64,000 bases of DNA from Fistulifera solaris (lineage: Eukaryota): contig AP026164.1 in assembly GCA_030295235.1 (NCBI GenBank), positions 868,001-932,000 on the forward strand, given 5' to 3'. Under the pieces are notes generated by a model. The model worked only from the letters and a program-made list of their open reading frames with translations. It did not search any database and was not told the DNA's origin. Positions 24,347-37,941 of the stretch are shown in pieces (position 1 is the stretch's first letter; each line of letters opens with the position of its first letter). Position numbers and translations under genes: made by a program.

Positions 24347-25229
24347 ATGGACAAAGGCCGGAAAGAAGCCGAAGCGGACGAGTCGTTGTCATCAACATCG
24401 TTTGAGGCACCCGACACTATCGTCCTTCCCTGTCGAGGCTCTTTTGATGACTCTGACATCACCTACGATCGGTCAGATCGATTGGAGCAGGATGGCAGTA
24501 GCGGTAGTGAAGGAAGCAATAATGACGACTTGTACGCCGATTACAGGAGACAAACAGAACGAATCCGTACGAAGGAACAGTATCATTCTCCATTGCGAAA
24601 CCGAGTCACTGTTCAAGCAACAGGAAACTTTCCACTCTTTTCCCGCCCCACGGCAATGGCTCACCAGAAAATGAATCAAACCGTAAATCATTTCCGCAAA
24701 GATATAAATCAGCAATCCAGTAAATGCAATACTGCTGAAGAAAATTTTCAGAGTCCTGCAATAAGGTCAGTTCGTCGCAATAACTCTTCCGAATCGAGTC
24801 AGAAAGTCACATCAAAAATGCGTGCCGGTAGCATAGATTCCAGCGATTTTCAGTTATTGGCTTCAGGTGGTATATCAGAAGACGATAGGAATGCTCGACG
24901 TAGCATTCGAAGAAGTCAAAGCGCTGACAAAGATGCGTTTGCACAAGCGCTAGATCCAAATAGAGAAAGTCGACGTAACGTGCGCAGGACTTCCAGTAGA
25001 GACGGGACCTCATGCGGGCAACGGCCAGATTTTGCTGGCGAGATTCGACGTGGCGTACGGAGACACCAAAGTGCGGATGGAAGTGTGTTTGAACCTCAAA
25101 GAAACGAAGTTCGAGAACGGCATGTTGACGCAGATGATTATGAAAAGCTTGATTTTCAGGCTTTGGCTGCGGGGGATGGTCGTGTTCGTCGAAGTCTACG
25201 TCGACAAAAAAAGTAGCGATCACTTCTAA
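24347..25229 (+). CDS. Disordered protein with repeated RRxxRRxxS motifs
   Basis: ATG at 24347. S/R/D-rich low-complexity ORF. A likely A-run frameshift at ~25210 gives the terminus RRSLRRQKSSDHF*. Confidence 0.6.
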
Positions 25230-26216
25230 GGCGGTCGCAACTTGTAAAGAATGGGGCGAGGATTCCGTGCAAATAAAATGGGGGTTGAATTCAATCTTTT
25301 ATGGTATGCCATGGTTATATCGGATATACAATTCTCAACTACGTTTCATGAATCAGCATGGGCCACATCCCCCGCAAACCGGAAGCAGCTGACTTGCAGT
25401 CCAATACTTGGTCGAGCTTCGTCGGAAGCCGTCGATGAGCTCTTTATCTAGACTGTAACGATGAAGCCATTAAGTCCGAAACTCCACTCATGTCCAGTTA
25501 ACAATTGAATCTGTGTCGGATGGCTTGCCTAAGTTAATTTTAGTTTTGAACTAGATATAGTTTACTCCGTATTCGGAATGCAGTCGTGTAGCCATATTTT
25601 TTCAAGGAATCGTATGACCCAAAACCCAAAACACCGATTCCAGAATTTCTGGAAAATCCAAAGAATTTCTGAATGACTCCGAACACCGATTTTAAACTCC
25701 ATCACACGTGGCAAATGTGGTGTTCTGATTTCAAATCCGCCGTTAATCAACGCTTCTATTGGGTTGAAGATCTGCTTTCTGCGCTGGGAGTTCGGGATGG
25801 TGACGAACCCGTTATCATCACGTAGTATTGTAGTAAAATCAATTTAGTAGTAAAGAGGCTAGATGGGTCTATCGGAGTAAAAAATAGATGACGTAAGCAA
25901 GAAATGAAAAACGCCGATCCGTGTCGTACCAGTACACAAAAATGCTTTGAGAACCCCTAGAATTTCCTTGTTGAGAATTGAGGTCGTCGTCGTCTTGCGG
26001 ATCAAAATAAATGGAATCCGGAATCCAATAGATCAAATATTTTATTTTGGGTAATATTGACCACCAAGAACCAAGCCAAGGACCTTTTTTTCGTCCTATT
26101 TTCTTTGACAGAAAACTGCTTTTGATGATCTTGAATACTGCACTTGGCATCTTGCTAGAATAAACATTTGAAGAAGCCGTAGTTATTTCAAACGCAATTC
26201 GCAGAAAAGCTGAAAA

Positions 26217-29200
26217 ATGAGGAGGTCAAAAAGCAACCCAGCCAAATACACTCGGAATTATCGGTCCATTTCTCAACGCCGCATGACCGAGCACGACAAG
26301 CTTGACGAAGATCAGGAGATTCAAAAGTTACGCAACACTATCAAAGAGCAAGATGAGAAAATATCCAAAACGTCGCGTGCTAATCGAAAAGAAAAGAACC
26401 CGAGGAGAATGATAGCACTCATGCGTTCAGTGGCATTCTTTCCGAGGACCTCATTGACGAAAAAGGTTACAACAACGACGGCGTCAATTTGCTCATTGTT
26501 GAACCCAAAAAGAAAAAACCAAAGCAGAAAGAGACCGTGACATTAACGCCTCGAGAACTAAAGCAAGCAAAGCAATTACAAAAGAACGCAATGCGAAAGC
26601 TAAAACAACTAGAAACTCGAGCCCAGCAAAAGAAAAAACGCATCGATCTGTACGCGAAACTGCAAGCTTCGGCCCTGTCTCAGCAGAATATGGAGCTTCT
26701 GACGTCGTCATCGACACTGGGGAAGCATTTGACCAAGAAAGAACAGCTCAAACTCATTGTGAAGAAAGAGAGAGCTGGAATACAGTTGACACAAGATGAA
26801 CATGATCTTTTGTATCGAGACAGAGATATTCCCGCTTGTTCCGATCAGAGCACCCTCATCAGTAAGTCATCCACTGGGGATTCGAAACAAGAAAAAATAA
26901 AGCCGCAGGAGCAAATAAGTGTTACGAAGGGGATGGTCGCGGGTTCGCAGACGCAATTACAACCTATCATTGGACGAGCTGAACCTATAACGACTCGCCA
27001 GGAATCGCCGGAGACACGGACGAATACCTCGCAAGCAGCTGCTAGTTCGTCGAAACAAAAGAGTACAAGTGGAGCTGCGTCAAGCGCGGCCTCATTTGCA
27101 GCGCAAATGATGGCGTCTCTGCCACCCTCAAGCACAAGACTGTGACCGACGACGGGAAAGACTCCTTGACGAAAGACAAAGAGTTGGAAGACATATTGGA
27201 GCTTAGGAAACCGCCAGTAAAGAAATACGTCCCAAGCAATCCAGTTGAGCTTAAAACAGCGGCAACGCTTGGTCTGCATCCCAATAAGAGCGAAGACAGG
27301 TCGAAGGGGTTAAAAATAAGGGAGATTCAACGTCCGAAGAGTGTTCAGGATGCTCGCTACGATCTACCGGTTGCTACTATGGAATTTGAAGTAATGGATA
27401 CTATCCGAAACAATGATGTGACAATTATTTGCGGAGAGACTGGGTCTGGAAAAAGCACTCAGGTACCCCAATTCTTGTACGAATTTGGTTTTTCTCAAAG
27501 TGAACAAGACGGTACCTTTTCTCATCCTTTTCTCATCGGGGTGACTCAGCCACGGCGTGTTGCTGCAGTCTCAACTGCAAAGCGAGTATCCTATGAAATG
27601 GGACACGGGGATGGAATATCCATTCTGAATGGTGAGAAGGGATCCGGAAATCTTGTTTCGTATCAAACTCGTTACGAAACTGCTGGTTTGGGTTCTTCGA
27701 CGCACATCAAATTTATGACAGACGGCATTCTGCTACAAGAAATTCAATCCGACTTGCTTCTACGAAAATATAATGTGATTATTTTGGACGAAGCGCACGA
27801 GAGAGGTCTTAATACTGACATTCTTATCGGATTATTAAGTAAAGCTGTTCCATTACGGAAGGAGGCATCACTTGAGTCTAACTCAGCGCTTCCCCCCTTT
27901 GAAATTGGTGATCATGAGCGCTACTCTTCGAGTCGAAGATTTTACGGGTAACGCCACTCTGTTCCCTTCGATTACTCCTGCGGTCGTCAAAGTACCGGGG
28001 CGTACCCACCCAGTCACCATTCACCACAGCAAGGTGACCGAATTAGTCAACTATGGTGAGTTTTATGTGCGCGTACTATGATCTGTCGGTGCGATTTACT
28101 CACCGTCACTTTTGTAGAGGATGCCATGTTCAAGAAGGTCTGCAAAATTCATCGAAAATTACCCCCAGGAGGTATATTAGTATTCCTAACTGGCAAGCAA
28201 GATATCGTCCAAATGGTAAAACGACTTCGAAAAATTCTATGTAAGCAGTCGGACTCCAGGACTTTGGGTTTTGATGATGTATCACCATCAAATGCGTCTT
28301 TTAATTGTGATGCTCTCCGAGATTTGGACGACGATGAAGCAGACGGAGACTTATTTCGTAACGAAAATGATGACGACTACGATGATGTCAACGATGAAGA
28401 GGCTCCGCCTATAGGTGCAGCAGATGAAAGTGAAGACGGGATACCGAAAAAAGCAACGATTCTTCCCCTCTACTCGCTACTTTCTAGCGAAGACCAAGCG
28501 AAAGTTTTTGCTCCTGTACTCGACGGTCACCGCCTCATTATAATTGCGACGAACATTGCTGAGACAAGTATTACCATTCCCGGAATATCATACGTTGTAG
28601 ATTCCGGGCGACAAAAATGCAGAAACTTTAACCCGCTAACTGGCGTTGCTTCGTACGATATTATGTGGATTAGTAAAGCAGCTGCTGACCAAAGAGCTGG
28701 ACGTGCGGGGAGAACTGGACCCGGACATTGCTATCGCTTGTACTCAAGCAGCATGTACGCTCGTCATATGGATGACTTTGAGTTACCCGAAGTACTTTCG
28801 AGACCTTTGGAAGATGTCGTTCTTGCGATGAAGGCGATGCACGTCAACGAAGTCGAACGGTTTCCACTTCCAACACAACCTGACAGGTCACAGATAAAAG
28901 CGGCAATCAAACTTCTTGCAGATTTAGGGTGCATTAACACGTCAGATGAGATTGTTGAAGCTGGTGACGGCCGAATCACTCGTCTAGGCTCAGCAGTAGC
29001 AAAACTCCCGTTAGGGATTCGCTGTGGAAAGATGCTATTAGTGGCAGCTCAAGCCGGAGTACTTGATTATGGCATTGCAATGGTAGCCGCTTTATCTGAA
29101 AAGAATCCTTTCAATCAGAACGGCCAGGAAGATGTCGATGTTGAAATTATCGACGGGGATGATTCTTCCAGCGAGCTCAGCGAAGATGACAACCAGGCAA

Positions 29201-30318
29201 CCACACCTAAGAAAAAGCCAAATAAATGGACTCATAAGGCAGGTGATGTGCTGGCTGTCATGTTGGCTGTTGGCGCATACACGTACGCTGGAAAGGGCGC
29301 CGGAGGCTCTTCCGAAAGGCTTGCATGTCGAAAATTCTGCGAGGAGAACGGACTGAATTACCCAATCATGGAGCGCATCCAAAAGATGAGACTGCACCTC
29401 GCTGGACTCTCCAAGCTCCGACTTTCTATGGCTGATAGCATTGCTTCGAACAGTGGAAGCATTTCATATTCGATGCCTCCACCGACCAAGCTACAGGAGA
29501 AGTTACTATGTCAGGCCATTGCTTCGGGGCTTTTGGACAACATTGCAATGTTGGCACCAGTGGGGTCAATGACTGGCCAGCACCCTTTCAGCCTGAGGTC
29601 CGCGTACCTGAGTTGCTCAAAATCATCAAATGAGCCTCTATTCATGGATAGAAACAGTGTTTTGTATTCTAGGGACTCGCGTCTGTTGCCCAAATGGATT
29701 TGTTACGAGTCACTCATGCGGAAAACACTCAAGGATGGTTCTACCATATCTGTTATGAAAAACATTACTCCGATCGACCCTTCTTGGCTCGGATTGATTG
29801 CCCAAGGTAGTAGATTGCTTTCGGTTGGTGAACCATTGTCTACACCTCTTCCCGTGTACGATTCGTCGAAAGATGCGATTATGTGCTGCGCGAAAACAAA
29901 GTTCGGCGACCAAGGATGGGAAGTCCCTCCCGTTCGTGTTGCTATGCCTCAAGCCCTAGCATTGCATGGAAAGAATTCAAAATCCAGCTTCTTACCGGAT
30001 GACAGCTTTCGGTGGTTTGGCAGGTATTTATTGGAAGGAAAAGTCATTCCTGAGATGATCGGCTTGGAAGAGATGCTCAATGAAAGTCCTGCGGCAATGA
30101 CAAGACAAAGTCTTACGAAGAAAGTTACTCTACTTGCTTCTCGCCTTGCAAGCGGAAATGTTCATAGTCTTGGAGCCCTGCGTAATCAATGGGCAACGGT
30201 AAGCAAGACTTTTCTTTTCTCTGAGTTAAAGATGTGGGTCAAAGAGGAAAAGAGAGCGGCCGCGATTGCTTTTCTGAAGACGGTGGTGCAGAAAGAGATT
30301 GCAATGTTACAATCATAA
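26217..30318 (+). CDS. DHX37: DEAH-box RNA helicase DHX37/Dhr1 (40S biogenesis)
   Basis: GETGSGKSTQ, TQPRRVAA, DEAHER, IMSAT, ATNIAETSITIPG and QRAGRAGR. Family features RYDLPV and KIHRKLPPGGILVFLTG. Intron 28056-28117; several frameshifts; exact start uncertain. Confidence 0.9.
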
Positions 30319-30950
30319 ATTATTTCTAATGAGATGTTGCTTTCAATCTAAAGACCCTTGTCGTATTGTTTGTCGACGTAACCGAGAGTACTTGGTCAAG
30401 AAATGAGGCGATGGTCGCCATGGATGATGCGGAATCACAAAGCGAAAGATCAAGCCAACGCGCTACTTTGTGCCGTCTTCCACAAAGGAAGTGCGTACGC
30501 ATGAATAACATCGATTCTCTTGCAAGAATCGCCAAGAATTGAAGAATCTTCTTGCAGAGATCGTCGTTTTTCTTGAAACATTGAGTTGCAAGAAACTGGG
30601 CCAATTTTTTCATGGGCAATAACCCACTTGCATTATAGGGCAAAAAGCTCGAGTTTAATCACGGTACCTGGTGAAAGTGCTATATAGTCCGAATAAGTAG
30701 AATTGTTTCGTAGCGGTATTAAGCTGGGATTATATGTCGTAGTGTGAATGAAAAATGTCGCACGGTGAAGCACGGACAGACTGAACCCTATTTGAGACTC
30801 GTGACTAGAAAAACGAAACTTACTTCCCGGGACACACGTAAGCGTACAGTACAAATTCAACGTTCCTATTTTTTGAGGAGGAAAAAATGAGAAACGAAAA
30901 ACAACGAAACGAAAATGAGTCGCCAAGACACGCAATGACAAATAATAAGA

Positions 30951-32452
30951 ATGACTGATCGATTTAGCCCTAAATACATTGAAAGAAGAATGAAGTTCGA
31001 ATCAGAGAGGAGAGAGAGAGAAATAAAAGAGCATGATGCATCATTCTTCTACGGAACGGCTGTCGAAGGTACTAAAAAGGGAGATGCTCAAGCACAAAAT
31101 TACTGGAGTCTGATACGAACCAATCGGCGATTCAGACTTTACCTATTGAGCTATGTGACAAGTCACATCGGAGAATGGTTGACCTATATTGCAAGTCTTT
31201 CAACGATAGAAGCCATTCAAGCGGCAAAATGAATGAAAACTACTTCGGGACAAGTCGTAAGTCGTCTGATCATCATTCGACTGGTCCCAAATGTTCTCTT
31301 TTCCCCGTTCGGAGGGATACTTGCTGACGGACTCGACAGAAGGAAAGTCATGATTTGCCTGGATCTGATTGGTGCTGCAACTGTCTTTCTTTTCGTAGCT
31401 GCTGTTCAACTACGATCCATAGGTCTCATTTACGTTGCGACATTTATTCAAGAGTGTGTTTCTGGACTATACGAGCCCAGTCGATCAGCTATACTACCCA
31501 TGTTAGTTTCAGGAGAAGAAGACATGAAGCGTGCAACTACAATATCCGGATTAGCATGGTCGTCTGTAGCAGCTCTTGGTGCTGCCCTTAGCGGCTTGGT
31601 GGTAGGTTTGTTTGGAGTCAAAACATGTTTTGCCATTGATTGTGTCACGTACGTAGTCAGTGCTTGGTTAATGTCTTTCGTCGACGGTAATTGGGACACA
31701 ACTGCTACGGAAGAAAACGTCCCTGAGTCTCCCTTGGATAACATTAGAGGAATGTTGACCGAGGGAACCCATTATATATGGACGTCGCACTTTGGCGGTT
31801 TGGTCTTGATCAAAGCCACAGCTTCTCTTGTATATGGTGGTTTCGACGTGTTGAATGTAGCGTTTGCCGAGAGAGGGAGTGTAAAAAGGAGACCTTTTCG
31901 GCTTGGTATTCTTTTGCCTGTTCCGGCATCGGTTGTCTATTGGGACCAATACTCGTTGATCCATACACTGACGTTGCTCGCCCTAAAACGCTTCAGTTTA
32001 CCTGCGTCGCATCTTTCATTTTCTTGACCATAGGGAGCATAGTCCTTGGTTTTTCTACAAGCTTTTGGATTGCTTGTACTTTCACATTGATCCGAGCAGC
32101 GGGATCTTCGGTACTGTGGATAAACAGCAGCATTCTGATACAAAAGTTTTGCATTCCATCTCTTTTGGGCCGAGTGTCATCGATAGAGTTCGCACTAGCG
32201 TTACTCTCCGAATCTTTTTCGGCATATTTGAGTGGACGCCTGCTAGATGAAAGTCACTTATCAGCGGAGAATGTGAGTCTGCTGTTGGGATCGCTTTCGG
32301 CCATTCTGTCAGTTGGCTGGTTCACTTATCATGTACAAGAGCGAGGAGCCGTTCGGTCTCCAAAAGAATACTCATCATCCAGTTCCCACACGATGAACAC
32401 GTACAAAAACTCACTAGCGGAAACCACGGCTCTTGTTGAACTGATTTCGTAA
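30951..32452 (+). CDS. Major facilitator superfamily transporter (DHA3/MFS_3-like)
   Basis: NRRFRLYLLSYVTSHIGEWL, motif A GILADGLDRRKVM, EPSRSAILP and LLGRVSS; many TM helices. Frameshifts near 31230 and 31915. Confidence 0.85.
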
Positions 32453-32561
32453 GAAACATTTTACTTAAGACAACGTTAAATATGCCAGACTTCAAAGCAA
32501 TCAAAAGGTAAAACTATCACTTAATCTATCCAGACCATAGCTGCGACGCGTCGACGCAACT

Positions 32562-34005
32562 TTATACAGAACCAGTAGCAGCAATTCCACATAATTGCTT
32601 GATTGAATCGTAAAGAAACAGCTGCAGGGTGACAGTTACGCCGACATGTAAGAATCTGGTCTTGATACCAACCATAAAGCCATTGATTCCACGATTAGAG
32701 CTCAAAATGTCGCGGACTATGTCCCTAGTTCTTCGCCTTTCGCCTGCATTCGCGTTTTGCAAACTTAGTAGCATGTCCCCAGGCTGACTGGCAATGCAAG
32801 AGAGAATGCTAGCCACTGCTCCAGCTATGACTGGTATTCCGACCTTGAGTCGAGGCGATACCGCGGTTCCTGTTGTCCGAAGAAAGCCGTAAGCTGCTCG
32901 TGTGACTACGTCAAAAGAACCGTTCTTGGTGATTGTATAAGGAACTTGTTTATACAGCATGGGAGTGATTCCACGAAACAGGAAACCCGCACCTTCCGTT
33001 GCAAGAATATTGGATCCAGCGCGTACCCAATTGACTCCTGCATTATGTTGGGCAACCATCCGAATCCGAAGAGCTTCCATTGGGCAGAGAAATATTGAAG
33101 CAGCCACGCCCGACGCGGCTCCACAAAATACCAGCGACAGAATATGAGAGTTAAGGAATGCCATCGATGGCGCAAGGCCCGAAAAGAACACTAACATGCG
33201 ACGAACGTAGGGTTTGGTAGCCTCATAGACACCAAACTTGATCGCCCCCTCAATTAAATATCCAAAAAGAGTGGGCCCTAAACCCGCCCATAGAGAGCGC
33301 ATTCCTTCGTTCTTAAGCATGTACGACGTTGCCTCAATAAAGTTCATGTTCGAAAGAGTAGGATCGATCTGTTTGCGAGTCTTCACAACGTCGATAGGGA
33401 CTTAGGGGGCATGAGTGAGCTAGACGCAGAGAAGCTACAATCATGAGTGACGGCATGCCCAGCAAAGCTTGTTTACGTACCGGGTACAGTATGTGATATG
33501 GCTGCGCATAACCCTCCCGCTAAATAATATCTCCAAGCACCGACTCCTGATGCAGCAATTAGGAGCCAGCACATTGCCGTCGCTAAACAAGTAGAGACGG
33601 CAGCAATCGAATACTGTTTCCATAGACTTCCAGGGGCTCCGAGGGGCGGGAGGTCCGTGCCTAGTACTTCATCCCATTCCACCTGACGCTCTTGTGAAAA
33701 GAAGGATTCCGTAGTGAATAAAGACCACTGGCGTCTCCAGCTCCACTATCATTCGGGATATCAAAGTTGTTGGGTGTATTTTGATCTTGAGTTGACGCTA
33801 TACCTCTGGTAAAAGGAAGCCGTTTCTTCGTCCTGCATACATTATTTCTAAAAGGTTTCGCAGTATTCCTGTACGCAAAGGCATGTACACCACAATCAAA
33901 GCGCAACGCAAGAGGGAGAACAACCCCAAAGACGACACGCGATGAAAAGGACGATAAAGGACGCCTTCGCGTAGAACGCCAATTCGAGACACCAGGGCCC
34001 GCCAT
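32562..34005 (-). CDS. Mitochondrial carrier family protein, phosphate-carrier type, with long N-terminal extension
   Basis: Carrier signatures PIDVVKTR, PMEALRIR and PGDMLLS. PiC-like motifs AGGLCAAISH, GYLIEGAIKFGVYE and KQVPYT. Intron 33480-33401; frameshift near 33680. Confidence 0.85.
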
Positions 34006-34740
34006 CCTCGAACCGCGCCGTCGTTACAAGTAGTGCTTCAAAGTGAGCGAAACACTTTGTAAAACAGAAGTGAATCCTTTTTTCTATCTTGAAGGGGCTT
34101 CTTCAACGACAAGCAGTTCGTTTTTGTTTTGCAACCGACAACCGACAAAGGTTGTTGTGACGATGACGGTGTTGTTTCTCGGTTTTCTCACTTGGGCAGT
34201 CTATCATTTGAACCGGTACCCGATACACTGGTTGTAAAAGTACTGCGTACACGTCGAAGTAGGCGGAACACATTCCTTGTTCCACACTACCAGGGTAGCG
34301 CAGCCGACCAAGGTCAGGGTTTACAGCTAAGGCTGTTCATAATTTCCTAGCAAGTGCAAAGCTGGCCTTCGACCACAGAGTATAGGCTCACGAATCACGA
34401 ATAAAACGAAGCCCATAGTAGATCGAAAGAAGATCTACTGGATCGCCGCTCATTCGTTATTTCTTCTTCCGAATTAGAACTGGACAAAGAAAACCGAAAC
34501 GAGGAGTCAAGTTCATAGGCTTTTTTGTGCTGCAACTTAGCTACGATCCTGGCCTGATCCTGGATATGTTCCCCAAGGCGAACACGCTTTTATTTAATGA
34601 ACCTAGGAATGATTAATTATCATTTAACTGTCTTTTATTGACTACAGTCGTTATAGACGAATATATTTTGCGCGGATCGATCGAATAAACGAATAACATC
34701 GTGTCATGTAGCTTTATACGTCACACTGGCAATTGCAAAT

Positions 34741-35736
34741 TCACAACTTCATCCCAAAGAACGACATGCACTGCTCGAGAAAGTTCAAGCTGGGCTCTGA
34801 CTTGTTCTCCGCTTTACGATTTCCAAAAAGCGGCGACCGCAAAAATGCATCAGCGACCACAGTAAAGATTGTCGGCTGTTTCTGGCTCGGGATCTCTACA
34901 TGATTAGTTACAATTGGAACTTCGTTGAATATGTTTGCAACGTTCATTGTTGTTTCGAAATGCCGAAGCCACGTTCCGGCAATCTTGGAGATTTCCGCCA
35001 AAGCGTCGGCTGCCACAAATTCGGTTTTGTTACGTCTCATGTGCTTTTTCATGGCAGGCGTCAAAACAAAGTATGGAAAATCTCTTGTTGGTTTCTCCCA
35101 CTGACTAACTCCTGTTAGCGAGTTGTGATAGTAAACCATCTTTGATTTCTCGCCGTCAAAGTAAGCACTCCATTCGCCTTGTGAAGCAAGTGGTAACGAA
35201 AAGTCGTTTTCGTCTTCAACGAGATTGTTTTTTTCGGTGACTTTCATGCCGTCTTTTAAGTCGATTTTCGGAAATGACAACGTCGGTGGATCCCATTGGC
35301 TCTCTCCAGTAACTTCGTTGAAAAAGTAAATATACCCCGAGCCAAATTCGTCCCAATAAGCAGACCAGTCACCCTCGCTTGCCAATGCCCCGGGTTGAAA
35401 TGAAAACTTATCCCAAATATCCTCAAACGGCTTAATCTGGATGGAAGTTCCTTCCATGAAATTCGACAACCAACTGTCAGTAGTCAAAACAGATGGAGTG
35501 GCAGCGGCTTTAGCAGTCTTCTTTTTAGGGGCTTTCCTTTTCTCTATGACCGGTGACGCTTCCTTACCGTCCCTTTCTCGAGTCAGTCGCTGAATTCGTT
35601 TTAGAAAATCAACTTCCGTGGATGCCGAATAAGAGAGATGTTTCCACGCTCGGGCAGACCGGCCCGAATGATTTTGAAACGCCGCTGACGCAATACCGCA
35701 CGCTTGCACGATACATAGCCAATGAAGGGATCTCAT
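34741..35736 (-). CDS. Putative plastid-targeted protein with two WW domains
   Basis: Presequence MRSLHWLCIVQACGIASAA-F. Two W...Y(Y/F)xN..TG.SQW..P units. Confidence 0.8.
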   Translation of the reverse strand: MRSLHWLCIVQACGIASAAFQNHSGRSARAWKHLSYSASTEVDFLKRIQRLTRERDGKEASPVIEKRKAPKKKTAKAAATPSVLTTDSWLSNFMEGTSIQIKPFEDIWDKFSFQPGALASEGDWSAYWDEFGSGYIYFFNEVTGESQWDPPTLSFPKIDLKDGMKVTEKNNLVEDENDFSLPLASQGEWSAYFDGEKSKMVYYHNSLTGVSQWEKPTRDFPYFVLTPAMKKHMRRNKTEFVAADALAEISKIAGTWLRHFETTMNVANIFNEVPIVTNHVEIPSQKQPTIFTVVADAFLRSPLFGNRKAENKSEPSLNFLEQCMSFFGMKL

Positions 35737-36407
35737 TGCCGAAAAGTCTTGCACTGTATGCTTTGTGAAACGAGACCTTTGAACAAAGAGTAATTCAAGA
35801 AGGATTACAAGAGTGCAGCGTAAGGATACCAGGTATCTCCCATGACGAGAACGCAATCAACTGCAACAAAAGCGAAAAAAGGAATCATCACCGTGCGGCG
35901 ACTATAACGGAGAAACTAGGAGATATCGCGCTGTGACATTCTGCGGGTCCTGGACTTTTGAACTCGCGCCAGTGCTTTTAAGTACTCCAAATCTTGCTCT
36001 CCCCTGTTTAAATGTAAATAATACTACCAACTTAGTTGTGGAGCCGAGACCTAAATAATCTTGTCGAGAAAAAAATCATAGGAGCTAAATCGCCGGTCAG
36101 CCTGCAACTCTCACTCCAAGAGAACCTAAATCTGGAGAGGCTTTCTTTAGACAGACAGAACGCCTCACATCAACTCCTCCATTTGCGATTTGTGTTTGGC
36201 GTGTCCGCGAAACTTGATGCGCAATCTTTTCGCGAGCGCCACGGTTTATTCTCGGTCTTCTCGTCAAAAACAAAAAATATTTCGGAACGCATTCAAAGAC
36301 AAGATTTCTTTATTGCTACTTTCTACAATTCCATCTCGCGTTACGCAGAAAAAGTTACGGAGAGTATTGGCGCGCATCTACTTCACACCAGACAAGCTCA
36401 TTTGAAA

Positions 36408-37747
36408 ATGTATCGTTTCGTCTCCCTTGCTCTCTTCTTGATGCCTACGGCTGCGACGTTCATGCCGCAATTCCCAGTTTCTGATACGTCCTCTCGTTCT
36501 AGTAAAACCTATGCTTTATCGAGTGACGTGCAAAAGTGGGTGAGGAACGATAAAAAGACACCTGCATGGGACCCAGTGAAACTATGGGATGAGATTGTTT
36601 CAGCACCGGTTCGTCGGCACGTCGAGTACGGAACTCCTACCATTAGCTTGGGACGACAACAAAACACCCGCTCGAATGCTTTTGACGACCTCGTTTCGTC
36701 TATGAAAGACAGTATCAAAGAAGCAAACACCGCCTTTCGCCAGTTCATGAATGAATTCACATCGCAAAGGATGCCACGTCTCCTCAAGCGCTCGCACAGC
36801 AGGGCGATTGGGGAGCATTTGTGGACGAGGACGGAACCGGTCGTATTTACTACTTTAATGTCGTGACAGGAGAGAGTCGGTGGAATCCCCCTACATCAGA
36901 TTTTCCCATGGTGAACGAACCTCCTCGATTGCTCGTTTCCGAAGGATACTGGGGGGCCTACGTGGATGAGAAAAAGAAGTCGGTTTATTACTTTAACCGA
37001 AAAACAGGCCAAACGACTTGGAATCGACCGTATCCCTCCTTTCCCCGGGTTTCGGTGAATAGTCCGGCCCATACCGTCCAGAGACCTTTGGCCGTGAGTG
37101 GAGATTGGTCAGCTTATTTGGATAACAACAAGAATGTCTACTATTTCAACGACGTGACAGGAGAGAGTACATGGCAGCCTCCGTCGGGCTTCCCTACCGT
37201 GCAAGCTGCCCCCTTTGTCTCCGCATATCAACACGTATCCAAATGGCTTGAGGATGTTTTGGAGAAATTTTCATTTACCCTCGTTTCCGCGGACCAGGAC
37301 AAAGATATGGAATGGACAACCGAGTTGATATCAAAATTCGACCAACAATTTGACAAAGCAACAAGTAGTATTCGGGAATCCTGGAGCTTTCTTGATTACT
37401 TTGGTCGCTCTAAAACATTTTCGGCCAACGAATTTCCCATTGCGGCTATTGTGATAGACTTCGTGGATGAGCTTCTTGCTTCGGTACAGACCTATTTGCC
37501 TTTCCTAGATGCGTCTAGGAATAATCGACAAGATAATTTCATGCAAGTGGCAACCATTTACCCCGATCTGGAACATCTAACCCGATGGAAGCGCAATAGT
37601 GACGATACCATAACGGGATCTGTACGTCATTCCAACAAACATCCTGTCGGTACTGTAATTACAACAAGTCCAGCTGAGCGAGGAAGTACTATTGCCGAAC
37701 AAAAGGTAATTCGTACTTTGTCAGGAACCCGGTATTATCTTCTGTAA
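36408..37747 (+). CDS. Putative plastid-targeted protein with three WW domains and a C-terminal SANTA-like beta domain
   Basis: Presequence MYRFVSLALFLMPTAAT-F. A frameshift near 36780 joins it to ORF 36821. Three WW units; C-terminus LTRWKRNSDDTITGSV...ITTSP...RTLSGTRYYL. Confidence 0.8.
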
Positions 37748-37941
37748 GAGGAAACGTTCTTTGGATAGACCTTTGACTTTACCATATTTCACTCCATTCG
37801 ATGTGGATACAAGTTGATGTTCTGACGAGAAAAAAGACAATCACAAACAAGGTATTGTAACAACACTGAAGCATGTATAAGTTATTGACGTACAAACACT
37901 CATCTTTCGTCTACATACAAAAACATTTTGACCGTGGTTTC

